A stretch of 64,000 bases of DNA from Candidatus Eiseniibacteriota bacterium (GTDB lineage: Bacteria > Desulfobacterota > Binatia > DP-6), in the NCBI GenBank assembly GCA_035577985.1, contig DATJZY010000107.1, forward strand, positions 43,475 through 107,474, written 5' to 3'. The first letter of the stretch is position 1, and each line of letters opens with the position of its first letter. The translations under genes were made by a program, and so were the position numbers. The notes beneath the pieces were generated by a model. That model was given only the letters and a program-made list of their open reading frames with translations. It made no database searches and was not told the origin of the DNA. This document shows, one piece after another, positions 1 through 8,792 of this stretch.

Positions 1-723
1 GGCGCGCCGGCGATCGCGACGTCGAGCGCCGCCATGGCGTGGGCGCTCGGCTACCCGGACGGGCAGCGCGCCCCGCGCGACGAGATCGTCGCCGCGATCG
101 CACGCATCTGTCGCGCCGTGCGCGCCCCGGTCAGCGCCGACGTCGAGCGCGGATTCGGCGGCTCGCCGGCGGACGTCGGCGAGACCGTTCGCGCGATCGT
201 TCGCGCCGGCGCGATCGGCGTGAACCTCGAGGACGGGAAGGCCGCGGACGGACGGACGCTGGTTGCGCCCGACGTCCTCGCCGACAGGATCCGCGCCGCC
301 CGGCAGGCCGCCGGCGCGGAGGGCGTCCCGCTCTTCGTGAACGCGCGCATCGATACCTACTTCGTCCCGGCTCCCGATCCGGCCGCGCGGTTCAAGGACA
401 CGCTCGCGCGTGCCGCCCGCTACGTCGACGCCGGAGCCGACGGCATCTTCGTTCCCGGTCTCGCGGATCTCGCCGAGATCGGCGAGCTCGTTCGCGCCGT
501 GCCGCGACCGGTGAACATCCTCGCCTGGCCCGGTGCCCCGACCGTCCCCGCCCTCGCCGCCGTCGGCGTCCGCCGCGTGAGCGTCGGCTGCAGCCCCATG
601 CAGGCCGTTCTCGGCCTCACCCGAAGGATCGGCCGCGAGCTCTTGAGCGCCGGCACGTACGACGCGATGGCGGGCGACTCCATCTCCGTCGCGGACGCGA
701 ACGCGCTCTTCGCCAGCCGCTGA
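1..723 (+). CDS. Isocitrate lyase/PEP mutase family protein (carboxyvinyl-carboxyphosphonate phosphorylmutase / methylisocitrate lyase-like), 5' partial
   Basis: The ORF track shows a 229 aa ORF starting at 34. The motifs VERGFGG, GVNLEDG and the overall layout match the ICL/PEPM TIM-barrel family. The first ~60 residues of the family are missing and the frame stays open to position 1, so the gene starts upstream of the window. Confidence 0.7.
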   Translation, partial: GAPAIATSSAAMAWALGYPDGQRAPRDEIVAAIARICRAVRAPVSADVERGFGGSPADVGETVRAIVRAGAIGVNLEDGKAADGRTLVAPDVLADRIRAARQAAGAEGVPLFVNARIDTYFVPAPDPAARFKDTLARAARYVDAGADGIFVPGLADLAEIGELVRAVPRPVNILAWPGAPTVPALAAVGVRRVSVGCSPMQAVLGLTRRIGRELLSAGTYDAMAGDSISVADANALFASR

Positions 724-740
724 ACGGCGGCGTCGATACC

Positions 741-869
741 GCGAGGTCGGCGGGGGCCAGGGCGCAGGCGCCTGCGAAGCGGCGCGACGAAACGTCGGGG
801 CCGTGACGAACCAAATGTGTTGTCGCGCGGCGTAGCCGAAGCCAGCGCCCTGGCCCCCGCCGACCTCGC
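741..869. repeat. Perfect 25-bp inverted repeat with ~79-bp spacer (nested palindrome) in a convergent intergenic region
   Basis: The arm gcgaggtcggcgggggccagggcgc at 741-765 has its exact reverse complement gcgccctggcccccgccgacctcgc at 845-869. The spacer contains an inner inverted repeat, gcgcgac...gtcgcgc. The element lies between the PEPM-family gene and the SCO1 gene. Confidence 0.65.
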
Positions 870-888
870 GACGCGCGCCCCGCCGTCG

Positions 889-1572
889 TCACCGCTTCGC
901 GACTGGCTCGCGCAGTACCGTCCGCACGTCGTTGAGGATGAGGTCGGGGTGCAGGAACCCCACGCTGTACACGTTCCGCACGCGGTGCTCGCCGTCGACC
1001 AGGAAGATCTTGAGCACGTGCCGGAAGAGTCCCGTCCACGAGCCGTCGGCGCGGCGGAGCTTGCCGACCGGCTGGCCGAAGTCGTCGAGCAGCGGTTGCA
1101 GGGCGGCGTCGTCCTGCGTCGTGACGAAGTACCAGTCGGCACCGGCCTCGTGCAGGCGGCGGGTCGCGGCCATGCGCGCGGGCGTGTCGCGTTCGGGGTC
1201 GAAGCTGACGCTCACGAGCGCGACCTTGCCGCGCAGCTCCGGGTCGTCGGCGACGGCACGGTCGATCCGGTGCAGGGCGGCGGTGCTGACCGGACACCCG
1301 GCGGCCTCGACGCACGTCGTGTAGACGAACGCGACGATCGCCACGCGATTTCCGGCCAGCGCGAAGAGCGTCGTCGCCGCGCCGTCGTCCGCGAGTACCG
1401 GGTGGTCCGAGACCGTCTTGATCGGCGGTAGCTCGTAGCTGCCGGGGGGCGGCGGCGCGTACTCCGGGACGAACGTGCCGACGCCGTAGGTGTACGCGTA
1501 GTCCGACGGATCGAGCGCCGCGGCCGCGGTCGCGACCGCGAGCGCCAGCGCCGCGATGCAGGCTCGGGTCAT
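889..1572 (-). CDS. SCO1/SenC family copper chaperone (thioredoxin-like)
   Basis: This is the C-terminal 227 aa of the spurious 1839 aa ORF 889..6408. It has an N-terminal signal/TM segment (MTRACIAALALAVATAAA), a CxxxC-like site (TTCVEAAGCP) and the SCO1 fold signature FVYTTC...VSFDPERDTP. The ATG sits at rc 1570-1572 and overlaps the TGA of the upstream SBP56 gene (ATGA). Confidence 0.8.
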   Translation of the reverse strand: MTRACIAALALAVATAAAALDPSDYAYTYGVGTFVPEYAPPPPGSYELPPIKTVSDHPVLADDGAATTLFALAGNRVAIVAFVYTTCVEAAGCPVSTAALHRIDRAVADDPELRGKVALVSVSFDPERDTPARMAATRRLHEAGADWYFVTTQDDAALQPLLDDFGQPVGKLRRADGSWTGLFRHVLKIFLVDGEHRVRNVYSVGFLHPDLILNDVRTVLREPVAKR

Positions 1573-2864
1573 CTGCGCGCGACGGCGCGCGCGGGCTCGG
1601 CCTCGCTGTAGATCTGGTTCTTGTAGAACTGGTCCTGCCCGAAGTGCATGTGGTGCGGGCGGCCGAGCCCCTCTTTCGCGAAGTCGATCCGGAACAGCGG
1701 GTGGAGCTTCTTGCCGTCGAAGCGGTACGCCGCCAGGAACTGCTCGTCGTCCTTGCCCTTCTTGTCCCACTTCGCCAGCAGTGACGACGTGAAGTACAGG
1801 CGCTCGCCGTCCCACGTCTCCGACACCATGTTCAGCTGCGAGCCGACGTGCTCCTCGGTCACGAGCTTCGGATGGTGCGGGTCGGAGACGTCGTAGATGC
1901 GGCACATGCCGTCCATCATCGAGTCGACGAACAGGAAGCGATCGTCTGCCGAGATGCTGATGTCGACCGGCAGCGGGATCTTCTTCGGGTCGCCGATGTC
2001 GGCGACGGCGCTCGCCTTGAACGTGCCGTCCGGGAGCTGCTCGATGAGCCAGATCTTCGACGTGAGGGCGGTCGACGTGAACGCGTAGTTGTGGCGCGGC
2101 TGCAGCGCCCAACGGATCTCGAGCGGCGCACCCGGGACCTCGAGCGTCTGGATGGGCTTGCGGGCGTGGAAGTCCCACACGACCATCGTGTTGCCGAAGC
2201 TCTTCATGGCCTCGGCGTCGCCCATCACCGCCGACAGGTCGCGCATGTAGTTCTTCTTGCCCGTGAACGACGACGTCAGCATGCGGTTGAGCCGCGGCTG
2301 CACGCGCACGTCGTAGCCGTAGCTCGCGTCGTCCGGCAGCCACATGGTGCGGACGAACTGGCCGTCGTTGTTGTACTCGACGAGCGCCGTGCGGCCGCCC
2401 TCGTCCTTCGAGTTCGAGAGCCCGCTGATCAGCATGCGGCCGGGCAGGGCGAAGAACGTGTGCGGCCCGACGACGCCGCCGCTGTCGGCGACGAAGGTGT
2501 CGATCGTCTTCACGATCTTCGGGTGCGCGGGATCGCTCGCGATGTCGAAGACCCAGATCGTGCTCGAGTCGAGCCCGCCGGCCCACAGGTAGCGGCGATC
2601 GTCGCTGAAGCCGGCGTGGTGCGCTTCGTGTCGGCCGCCGACCGACGCGGTCGAGACGACCTTGCCGTAGGTCGGCGTGCCGGGGCGCGCGCCGATCGTG
2701 ACGAGCTTGTCGGAGCCGTCGCCCACCCCCTCGATGCCGAGTGTCCAGGCGTAGACGTAGTCCTCCTGCCCGGTGATCTTCGGCATGTAGGGCGACATGC
2801 ACGTCTCGTCGGCGTGCGCGAGCGTGGCGGCGAGCACGATGAGGGTCGACGCGATTCGCATCAT
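1569..2864 (-). CDS. Selenium-binding protein 56 family protein (methanethiol oxidase MtoX-like), periplasmic
   Basis: The 431 aa ORF starts with a signal peptide (MMRIASTLIVLAATLAHADE). Similarity to the SBP56 family runs the full length, with beta-propeller-like repeats and many His/Asp residues. Confidence 0.85.
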   Translation of the reverse strand: MMRIASTLIVLAATLAHADETCMSPYMPKITGQEDYVYAWTLGIEGVGDGSDKLVTIGARPGTPTYGKVVSTASVGGRHEAHHAGFSDDRRYLWAGGLDSSTIWVFDIASDPAHPKIVKTIDTFVADSGGVVGPHTFFALPGRMLISGLSNSKDEGGRTALVEYNNDGQFVRTMWLPDDASYGYDVRVQPRLNRMLTSSFTGKKNYMRDLSAVMGDAEAMKSFGNTMVVWDFHARKPIQTLEVPGAPLEIRWALQPRHNYAFTSTALTSKIWLIEQLPDGTFKASAVADIGDPKKIPLPVDISISADDRFLFVDSMMDGMCRIYDVSDPHHPKLVTEEHVGSQLNMVSETWDGERLYFTSSLLAKWDKKGKDDEQFLAAYRFDGKKLHPLFRIDFAKEGLGRPHHMHFGQDQFYKNQIYSEAEPARAVARR

Positions 2865-2895
2865 GATCCCGACGCATATTAGGTTCGCGTCGCCG

Positions 2896-3798
2896 ATGAC
2901 AAGACCCGACGTCCGGGTGGGGACGGCGTCCTGGACGGAGAAGACGCTGCTCGAGAGCGGTGCCTTCTATCCGCCCACCGCGCGCACGGCCGAGCAGCGC
3001 CTGCGGTTCTACGCGCAGCGATTCGGCGTCGTCGAGGTGGACGCGACGTACTACGCGCTGCCGTCGGCGCGGAACGCCGCGGCATGGGTCGAACGCACGC
3101 CCGCCGGGTTCCTCTTCGGCGTGAAGGCGTTCGCCGCCATGACGGGACACCCGGTCGAGCCGACGCGTCTCGATCGCGATCTGCAGGCGGCGCTCCCGGC
3201 GGCGATGCGCCGAGCCCGCCAGCTCCACGCCCGCGCGCTGCCCGCCGACGTCGTCGCCGAGATCTGGCAGCGCTTCCGCGCGAACCTGGAGCCGCTGGTC
3301 GTCGCCGGCAAGCTCGCGTACGTCCTGCTGCAGATGCCGCCGTGGTTCCGACCCGGAGCCGAGAGCTGGCAGCAGCTCGACGACGCGGCGGCGCGCCTGC
3401 CGGGCTTGCCGTGTGCGGTCGAGTTCCGGGAAGCCGGCTGGCTCTCGGAGGGGCGCGCCGACGACACGCTCGAGCGCCTGCGCGAGCGGGGGCTCGCCTA
3501 CGTCTGCGTCGACGAGCCGCAGGGCACCGCGGCGAGCGTCCCGCCGGTGGCTGCGTCCACGTCCGACGCGCTCGCGGTCGTGCGGTTCCACGGCCGGCGG
3601 CGGGAGACGTGGACGCGCGCCGGCGCGCCCACGACCGAGCGCTTCCGCTACCTCTACCAGACCGGCGAGCTCGCCGAGTGGGTGCCCCGCATCCGGACCC
3701 TGGCGAAGGCGAGCCGGCGCGTGCTCGTCCTCATGAACAACTGCTACCGCGACTACGCGGTGCAGAACGCGCAGGACCTGGCGGCCCTGCTCGCCTAG
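2896..3798 (+). CDS. DUF72 (YecE-like) family protein
   Basis: The track ORF is 2797..3798. The conserved DUF72 N-terminus (RVGTASWTEKTLLESGAFYPPTARTAEQRLRFYAQRFGVVEVDATYYALP) begins at the ATG at 2896. The start is uncertain because that ATG lies only 31 bp from the divergent SBP56 start. Confidence 0.75.
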   Translation: MTRPDVRVGTASWTEKTLLESGAFYPPTARTAEQRLRFYAQRFGVVEVDATYYALPSARNAAAWVERTPAGFLFGVKAFAAMTGHPVEPTRLDRDLQAALPAAMRRARQLHARALPADVVAEIWQRFRANLEPLVVAGKLAYVLLQMPPWFRPGAESWQQLDDAAARLPGLPCAVEFREAGWLSEGRADDTLERLRERGLAYVCVDEPQGTAASVPPVAASTSDALAVVRFHGRRRETWTRAGAPTTERFRYLYQTGELAEWVPRIRTLAKASRRVLVLMNNCYRDYAVQNAQDLAALLA

Positions 3799-4598
3799 GG
3801 CTCGACGCCGAAGAGGCGCGCGAAGTTCTCGCTCATGCGCGTTGCGACCTCGGCCTCGGGAACGCCCCACAGCTCCGCCGCGTAGGCCGCGGTGCCCGCG
3901 ATCGTGGCGGGCTCGTTGCGCTCCTCGCGGTTGGGCGACAGATATGGGCAGTCGGTCTCGAGCAGCAGCCGCTCGCGCGGCAACGTCTGCAGCATGCGCG
4001 TGAAGCTCTCCGAACGCCGCGCGTTGGCGGGGATCGAGAAGTAGTGGCCGCGCTCTGCGATCTGTCGCGCCAGGTTCACCTTGCCGCCGAAGCAGTGCCA
4101 GTTGACCCGCGTCGCGCCCAGCTCCTCCAACACCTCGAGCGCGCGGCGCTCGCGCTTGCGCGTGTGGATGATGATCGGCTTTCCGGCATCGAGGGCGATG
4201 CGGACGAGGGCGCGGAAGGCTGCCTCCTGCTTCTCCCAGAGCGACTCCGGAACCCAGTAGCCGTCGAGTCCGATCTCGCCGACCGCGATCGCTTCGCCCG
4301 CGTGCTCGCGCACCCAGGCGATCCCCTCGTCGGCGGCGACGGGCTCCTCGTCGCGCGGGTACTCGACGCCCATCGTCACCATGTCCGCGAGCACCGTGTC
4401 GACCGGATAGAAGCCGAAGGCGGGCTTCACGACCGGGTGGCGCGCGGCGAGCGTGCGCGTCGCCTCGTTGTCGCGCGGGTTGAGGCCGTTCGACACGATC
4501 GTCGTCAGCCCCGCGGCGGTCGCGCGCGCGACGATCGCGTCGATGTCCGGCAGCAGCTTGCGGTGCGTGAGATGCGCGTGGACGTCGGCGAGGCCCAT
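3795..4598 (-). CDS. TatD family metal-dependent hydrolase
   Basis: The 267 aa ORF carries the TatD motifs DVHAHL, HCFGG and LLETDCPYL. Confidence 0.9.
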   Translation of the reverse strand: MGLADVHAHLTHRKLLPDIDAIVARATAAGLTTIVSNGLNPRDNEATRTLAARHPVVKPAFGFYPVDTVLADMVTMGVEYPRDEEPVAADEGIAWVREHAGEAIAVGEIGLDGYWVPESLWEKQEAAFRALVRIALDAGKPIIIHTRKRERRALEVLEELGATRVNWHCFGGKVNLARQIAERGHYFSIPANARRSESFTRMLQTLPRERLLLETDCPYLSPNREERNEPATIAGTAAYAAELWGVPEAEVATRMSENFARLFGVEP

Positions 4599-4610
4599 CG
4601 CGAGACTCTC

Positions 4611-6947
4611 TCACCCGCTCGCGGCGACGGACGGCATCGGAGAGACGACGGGCGTCGATTCGTGGCCGAAGATGAAGCGCGGCCGGGTGCGCAGCACGAG
4701 CACGGGCATGAGCGAGAGCGCCGCGAAGCACGAGAGCAGCATCGCGAGCGGCATGAGGGTGCCGAAGAGGCGCATGCCGAGGTACGGCGAGATGGCTTCG
4801 ACCGAGAACCCGGCGCCGATCGACGCGGCGACGAAGAGCACGGCGCGGCCGGACGTCCTGAGTGCGATGCCGAACGCTTCGGCGTCGGTCGCCGAGCGCT
4901 TCCGCTCCTCGCGGAGCCGATACAGGAAGTAGATGGCGTAGTCGGCGCCGATGCCGGCCGCCATGGAGATGACGGACGACGACCCCATGTCGAACCGCAC
5001 GCCCGTCCAGCCGAGGATGCCGAAGAGCTCGATCACGGTCACGACGATCGGACAGACGACGTACAGCCCACCCGTCGCCGAGCGCATGATGGTCGAAGAG
5101 ATGGCGTAGATCGCGAGCAGCACGACGACCATGTTCACGAGCTTCCCGTAGGTCGTGTGCTCGTTCACGGCGAGGATCGTCGGTCCCGCGCCGCCGGCGA
5201 CCAGCACCTTCACGCCGTCGGGCGGCGGATGGTCGCGGAGCCACGCCTCGGTGTGACGGACGAGCGGACCCACCAGCGCCGAGTCGTCGTCGGTGAGGTA
5301 CGCCATGACGATCGCCTTCGTCTGCGCGCGATCCACGAACCGCTCGAAGGCCGGCGAGTCGCCGAGGAACATGAGCTGCGAGACCAGCTCCTGGTCGTCG
5401 GGAACGCGATACGGGTTCGGCGCATCCGCCGCGAACGTCTTGTGGAGCGTCTTCACGAGATCGGCGAGCGACGCCGTGCGCAGCACGAGCGGGTCCTTCT
5501 CGAGCTCGGCCTGCATGGCCGCCATGTGCTGCAGGAAGGGAACCGTCTTCGCGCTGCCCTCGGCTCCCTCGTAGAGGATCGTCATCGTGACCGTGCCGGG
5601 GAAGTGCTTCTGGATCTCGTCCAGATGCACGCGCGGGAGGCTCCCCTTCGGCATGTACTCGCGCGTCGGGCCGAACGTCCGGATGCGCGCGATGCCGACC
5701 AGCGAGAGCACGAGCGCGATCGCCGTGCCGATCAGGACGGGGCGCCCGTTGCCGCGCAGGATCGCGCGCTCGAGCGTCGCGAGGACCGCGGTCGTGACGC
5801 CGCCTTCGGGCGGAACGTGCTTCGGGGCGGGCAGCACCGCCCGCAACGCCGGGATCAGCGTGAGCTCGAGGAAGACGGCACTGCCGATGCCGTAGGCGCA
5901 CGAGAGCCCGAAGTTCGCGATGGACCGGACGCCGAAGAGCGCGAGCGACGCGAAGCCGAGCGCGGCGGTGGCGCCGGCCGCGACCATGACCGGACCGATC
6001 TTCACGGTCGACTCGATGACGGCGGCGCGGTTGTCCCGCGTCCGCACGACCTCTTCCACGTACCGCTTCAACATCTGGGCCGAATGCGCGGCCGCGACCG
6101 CGATGAGGAGGATCGGCACCGCCGCGTTCCAGCCGTCGATGGGAATGCCCGTATGTCCCTGCAGGCCGAGCCCCCACACGGTGGAGAGCGTCGCCGTGAG
6201 CATGGGGATGAACATGCCCTGGAAGCTCCGGAACGAGACGAGCAGCATCACCGCGATCACGAGGAACGTGACGGGGATCCGGCGCATGAGCATGGCAGAC
6301 TGGTCGAGGTCGGTCAGGGCGAAGGTGGGCTCGCCGGCGATCCAGACGTCGACGCCGCGGTCGTGATACGGCTCGGCCAGTGCGAGGACGGCATTCGCGA
6401 CCTCCCACGACTGTTGCTTGCCCTCGAAGAAGTCGAGGACGACGATCGCGGCCTTCTGGTCGGGCGTGACGAGCATGCCCCGGAGCTGCGGATCACTCTC
6501 GACCTTCGCCCGCAGACGCGCGATCTCCTCGGGCGTCTTCGGGGCGTCGCGCATGAGGTAGTCGACCTTGATCGAGCCGCCGGACTCCTCGACGTAGCGG
6601 ACCGCCGGGGCGGCGAGGCTCACCACGTTCTGCGCCATGATGTCGGGGAGGCGGAGCGCCGCCAGCGTGAAGTCGCGCACGATCTCGAGCACCGGCGTCT
6701 GCCAGACCTCGCCCTCGCGCGGCACGATCGCGACGATGAGGGTGCGCCGGCCGCCGAACTCGGCCCGGATCTCCTTGTCGATCTGCACGAAGGGATGATT
6801 CGCGGGGAGACTCGCCTCGACGCTGAACTCGCTGCGGAGCTTGGTCATGCCGCTGCCGACCAGCACGGTCAGGGCGGCGACGACGGCGAGCACGAGCCAG
6901 CGGAATCGGACCAGGAGGCGGACGTAGCGTTCGAAGGCGGTGGCCAT
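4611..6947 (-). CDS. MMPL/RND-superfamily membrane exporter
   Basis: The track ORF is 4611..6983. The call has two 6-TM bundles, each followed by a periplasmic loop, which is the MMPL (HpnN-like) architecture. I placed the start at MATAFERYV (rc ATG 6945-6947). Confidence 0.8.
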   Translation of the reverse strand: MATAFERYVRLLVRFRWLVLAVVAALTVLVGSGMTKLRSEFSVEASLPANHPFVQIDKEIRAEFGGRRTLIVAIVPREGEVWQTPVLEIVRDFTLAALRLPDIMAQNVVSLAAPAVRYVEESGGSIKVDYLMRDAPKTPEEIARLRAKVESDPQLRGMLVTPDQKAAIVVLDFFEGKQQSWEVANAVLALAEPYHDRGVDVWIAGEPTFALTDLDQSAMLMRRIPVTFLVIAVMLLVSFRSFQGMFIPMLTATLSTVWGLGLQGHTGIPIDGWNAAVPILLIAVAAAHSAQMLKRYVEEVVRTRDNRAAVIESTVKIGPVMVAAGATAALGFASLALFGVRSIANFGLSCAYGIGSAVFLELTLIPALRAVLPAPKHVPPEGGVTTAVLATLERAILRGNGRPVLIGTAIALVLSLVGIARIRTFGPTREYMPKGSLPRVHLDEIQKHFPGTVTMTILYEGAEGSAKTVPFLQHMAAMQAELEKDPLVLRTASLADLVKTLHKTFAADAPNPYRVPDDQELVSQLMFLGDSPAFERFVDRAQTKAIVMAYLTDDDSALVGPLVRHTEAWLRDHPPPDGVKVLVAGGAGPTILAVNEHTTYGKLVNMVVVLLAIYAISSTIMRSATGGLYVVCPIVVTVIELFGILGWTGVRFDMGSSSVISMAAGIGADYAIYFLYRLREERKRSATDAEAFGIALRTSGRAVLFVAASIGAGFSVEAISPYLGMRLFGTLMPLAMLLSCFAALSLMPVLVLRTRPRFIFGHESTPVVSPMPSVAASG

Positions 6948-7017
6948 GTGAAGCGAGAATCCTTGTCGGGTTCGCCGCCGCAATGCAAACCGCCACGGCG
7001 TTCGCTAGGCTTCGCCC

Positions 7018-8190
7018 GTGCCGTCGCTCGCGCCGTACTTCGTCTACCAGGCGACCGCGGGCGCCGTTTTCTCGCAGGCCGTCTTCGTGGTGTTCTACCA
7101 GGAGCGCGTCGGCCTCTCGCTCTCGGCGGTGCTCTGGCTCCAATCGTACTTCGTGCTGGTGCGGGCACTCCTCGACGTGCCGTTCGGCGCGCTCGCCGAT
7201 CGCGTGTCGCGGCGACTGTGCCTCGTCGCCAGCGGCGTCGTGCTCGCGGTGGGCTCGGCCGGGATCCTGTGGTGGCCGAGCCTCGGCATGGCGGTCGTGC
7301 TCGAGACGATGCTCGCGATGGTCTCGGCGCTGCGCTCCGGCGCCGACTCGGCGCTGCTCTACGACACGCTCGACACCGCCGGCGCGCTCGACCGCTATCC
7401 GCGCGCGGAGAGCCTCTCCCAGGCGATCTCGTCGCTCGGCTCGGGGGCGGTGGCGATCGCGGGGTCGATCCTCGCCGCCCACGACCTCGCCTGGCCGTAC
7501 GTCGCGAACATCGCCGCGGGGAGCGCGACGGTGGTGGCCGCGGCGTGTCTCCGCGAGCCGCCGCGTCACCACCGCGCGCGCGGCATCCTGCGCGACGCCG
7601 CGCGCGTCGTCGCCCGCACGCCCGCCGTCCGCTGGACGATCGCGCTCGCCGCGCTCGTCGTCTCCGCCTCGCACGTCTACTTCTTCCTGCAGCAGCCGTA
7701 CCTGCGCGCGATCGGGGTGCCGCTGGCCCTGTTCGGCGCGGTCGTCGCCGCGACGAAGGTCGTGACCGCGCTGGTCGCGACCGGCGCGCACCGCATCGAG
7801 TCGCGCCTCGGCGTACGCGGCAGCGCGGCGCTCATGGCCGCCGTGCCCGCCGTCGGCCTGGGCGCGATGGCCGCCGTCGCGAGCCCCGTCGGCGCGCTCG
7901 TCATCCTCACGCGCGGCGTGCTGGACGGGCTCTGGATGCCGCTGCTGAACGTCCTCATGAACCGGCTCGTCGACTCCCGGCTGCGCGCGACGATCCTCTC
8001 CGTGCAGAGCCTCGTGTCGCGGCTCGCGCTCGCGAGCGTCGTCGGCCTGTGCGGGGTCGCGACCGCTCACGTCGGTCTCGATGCAACGCTCGCCGTCGCG
8101 GCGGCGACGTCGCTCGTGCTGGGAGCCGCGCTCGTCGTCACGGCGCCGCGGTTGCCGGAGCGTTCGCGTGTGATAGCAGAGCGGGCATGA
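7018..8190 (+). CDS. MFS transporter
   Basis: The 390 aa ORF encodes 12 predicted TM helices and has MFS-like composition. It starts with GTG and its TGA overlaps the ATG of the next gene (ATGA at 8187-8190). Confidence 0.75.
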   Translation: MPSLAPYFVYQATAGAVFSQAVFVVFYQERVGLSLSAVLWLQSYFVLVRALLDVPFGALADRVSRRLCLVASGVVLAVGSAGILWWPSLGMAVVLETMLAMVSALRSGADSALLYDTLDTAGALDRYPRAESLSQAISSLGSGAVAIAGSILAAHDLAWPYVANIAAGSATVVAAACLREPPRHHRARGILRDAARVVARTPAVRWTIALAALVVSASHVYFFLQQPYLRAIGVPLALFGAVVAATKVVTALVATGAHRIESRLGVRGSAALMAAVPAVGLGAMAAVASPVGALVILTRGVLDGLWMPLLNVLMNRLVDSRLRATILSVQSLVSRLALASVVGLCGVATAHVGLDATLAVAAATSLVLGAALVVTAPRLPERSRVIAERA

Positions 8191-8792
8191 AGACCTACGG
8201 GGTCGCGCTCGTGCTGGGTCTCGCGCTCGCAGGCGGCAACTACGCGGTGCTGGGCCAGCGCCCGGAGGTCGCGGGGTGCGCGCCGTGCCTCGCGCTGCTC
8301 CTCGCGGGCCCGCTCGTTCTCGCGCTCGCCGTCGCGGCGGTCGCGGGAACCGGCGCGTCGGCGTCCGGGACGGCGAGCGCAGTGGCCGTACCGTCGACCA
8401 AGCCCGCCGAGCCGGCGGAGAACGCGGCGCTCCGCCTGCTCGCGACGCTGCAAGAGGAAGGGCGGCTCGTCGACTTCTTCAGCGAGGACATCGCGCCGTA
8501 CACGGACGAGCAGATCGGCGCGGCCACGCGCGGCATCCACGCGAGCTGCCGCAAGGCGCTCGAAGGCGCCGTCGCGATCGAGCCCATCATGCCGGGCGAC
8601 GAAGGCGCGACGGTGACGGTTCCCGCGGGCTTCGATCCGGCGGCCATCCGGCTGGTCGGGAACGTCAGCGGCACCCCGCCGTTCACGGGCGTCCTCCGCC
8701 ACGCGGGCTGGCGCGTGAAGTCGGTGAACCTCCCGCCGCGCACCGGTCAGGATCCGAAGGTCGTCGCGCCGGCGGAGGTCGAGATCGGGTGA
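8187..8792 (+). CDS. Membrane-anchored protein with a DUF2760-like C-terminal domain
   Basis: This is the ~201 aa tail of the spurious ORF 3084..8792. It has an N-terminal TM region (MKTYGVALVLGLALAGG...LLLAGPLVLALAVAAVAG), an Ala/Ser/Thr/Pro-rich linker and a conserved ~120 aa C-terminal domain. Its stop overlaps the GTG start of the Hsp70-like gene. The DUF2760 assignment is from memory and was not HMM-verified. Confidence 0.55.
   Translation: MKTYGVALVLGLALAGGNYAVLGQRPEVAGCAPCLALLLAGPLVLALAVAAVAGTGASASGTASAVAVPSTKPAEPAENAALRLLATLQEEGRLVDFFSEDIAPYTDEQIGAATRGIHASCRKALEGAVAIEPIMPGDEGATVTVPAGFDPAAIRLVGNVSGTPPFTGVLRHAGWRVKSVNLPPRTGQDPKVVAPAEVEIG

Noticed and set aside
889-6408. A 1839-aa minus-strand ORF, plus similarly huge ORFs such as 3084..8792 (+), 26026..29346 N-terminal part, 30335..33061 (+), 51915..54101 (-) and 52157..55711 N-terminal part
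   Set aside because: These are the long stop-free frames typical of ~70% GC DNA. They run antisense to or overlap clearly recognisable genes and have R/A/G/P-rich low-complexity translations. Only the segments matching real families were kept: SCO1, the DUF2760-like protein, the CoA-transferase, the anti-sigma factor and GH63.
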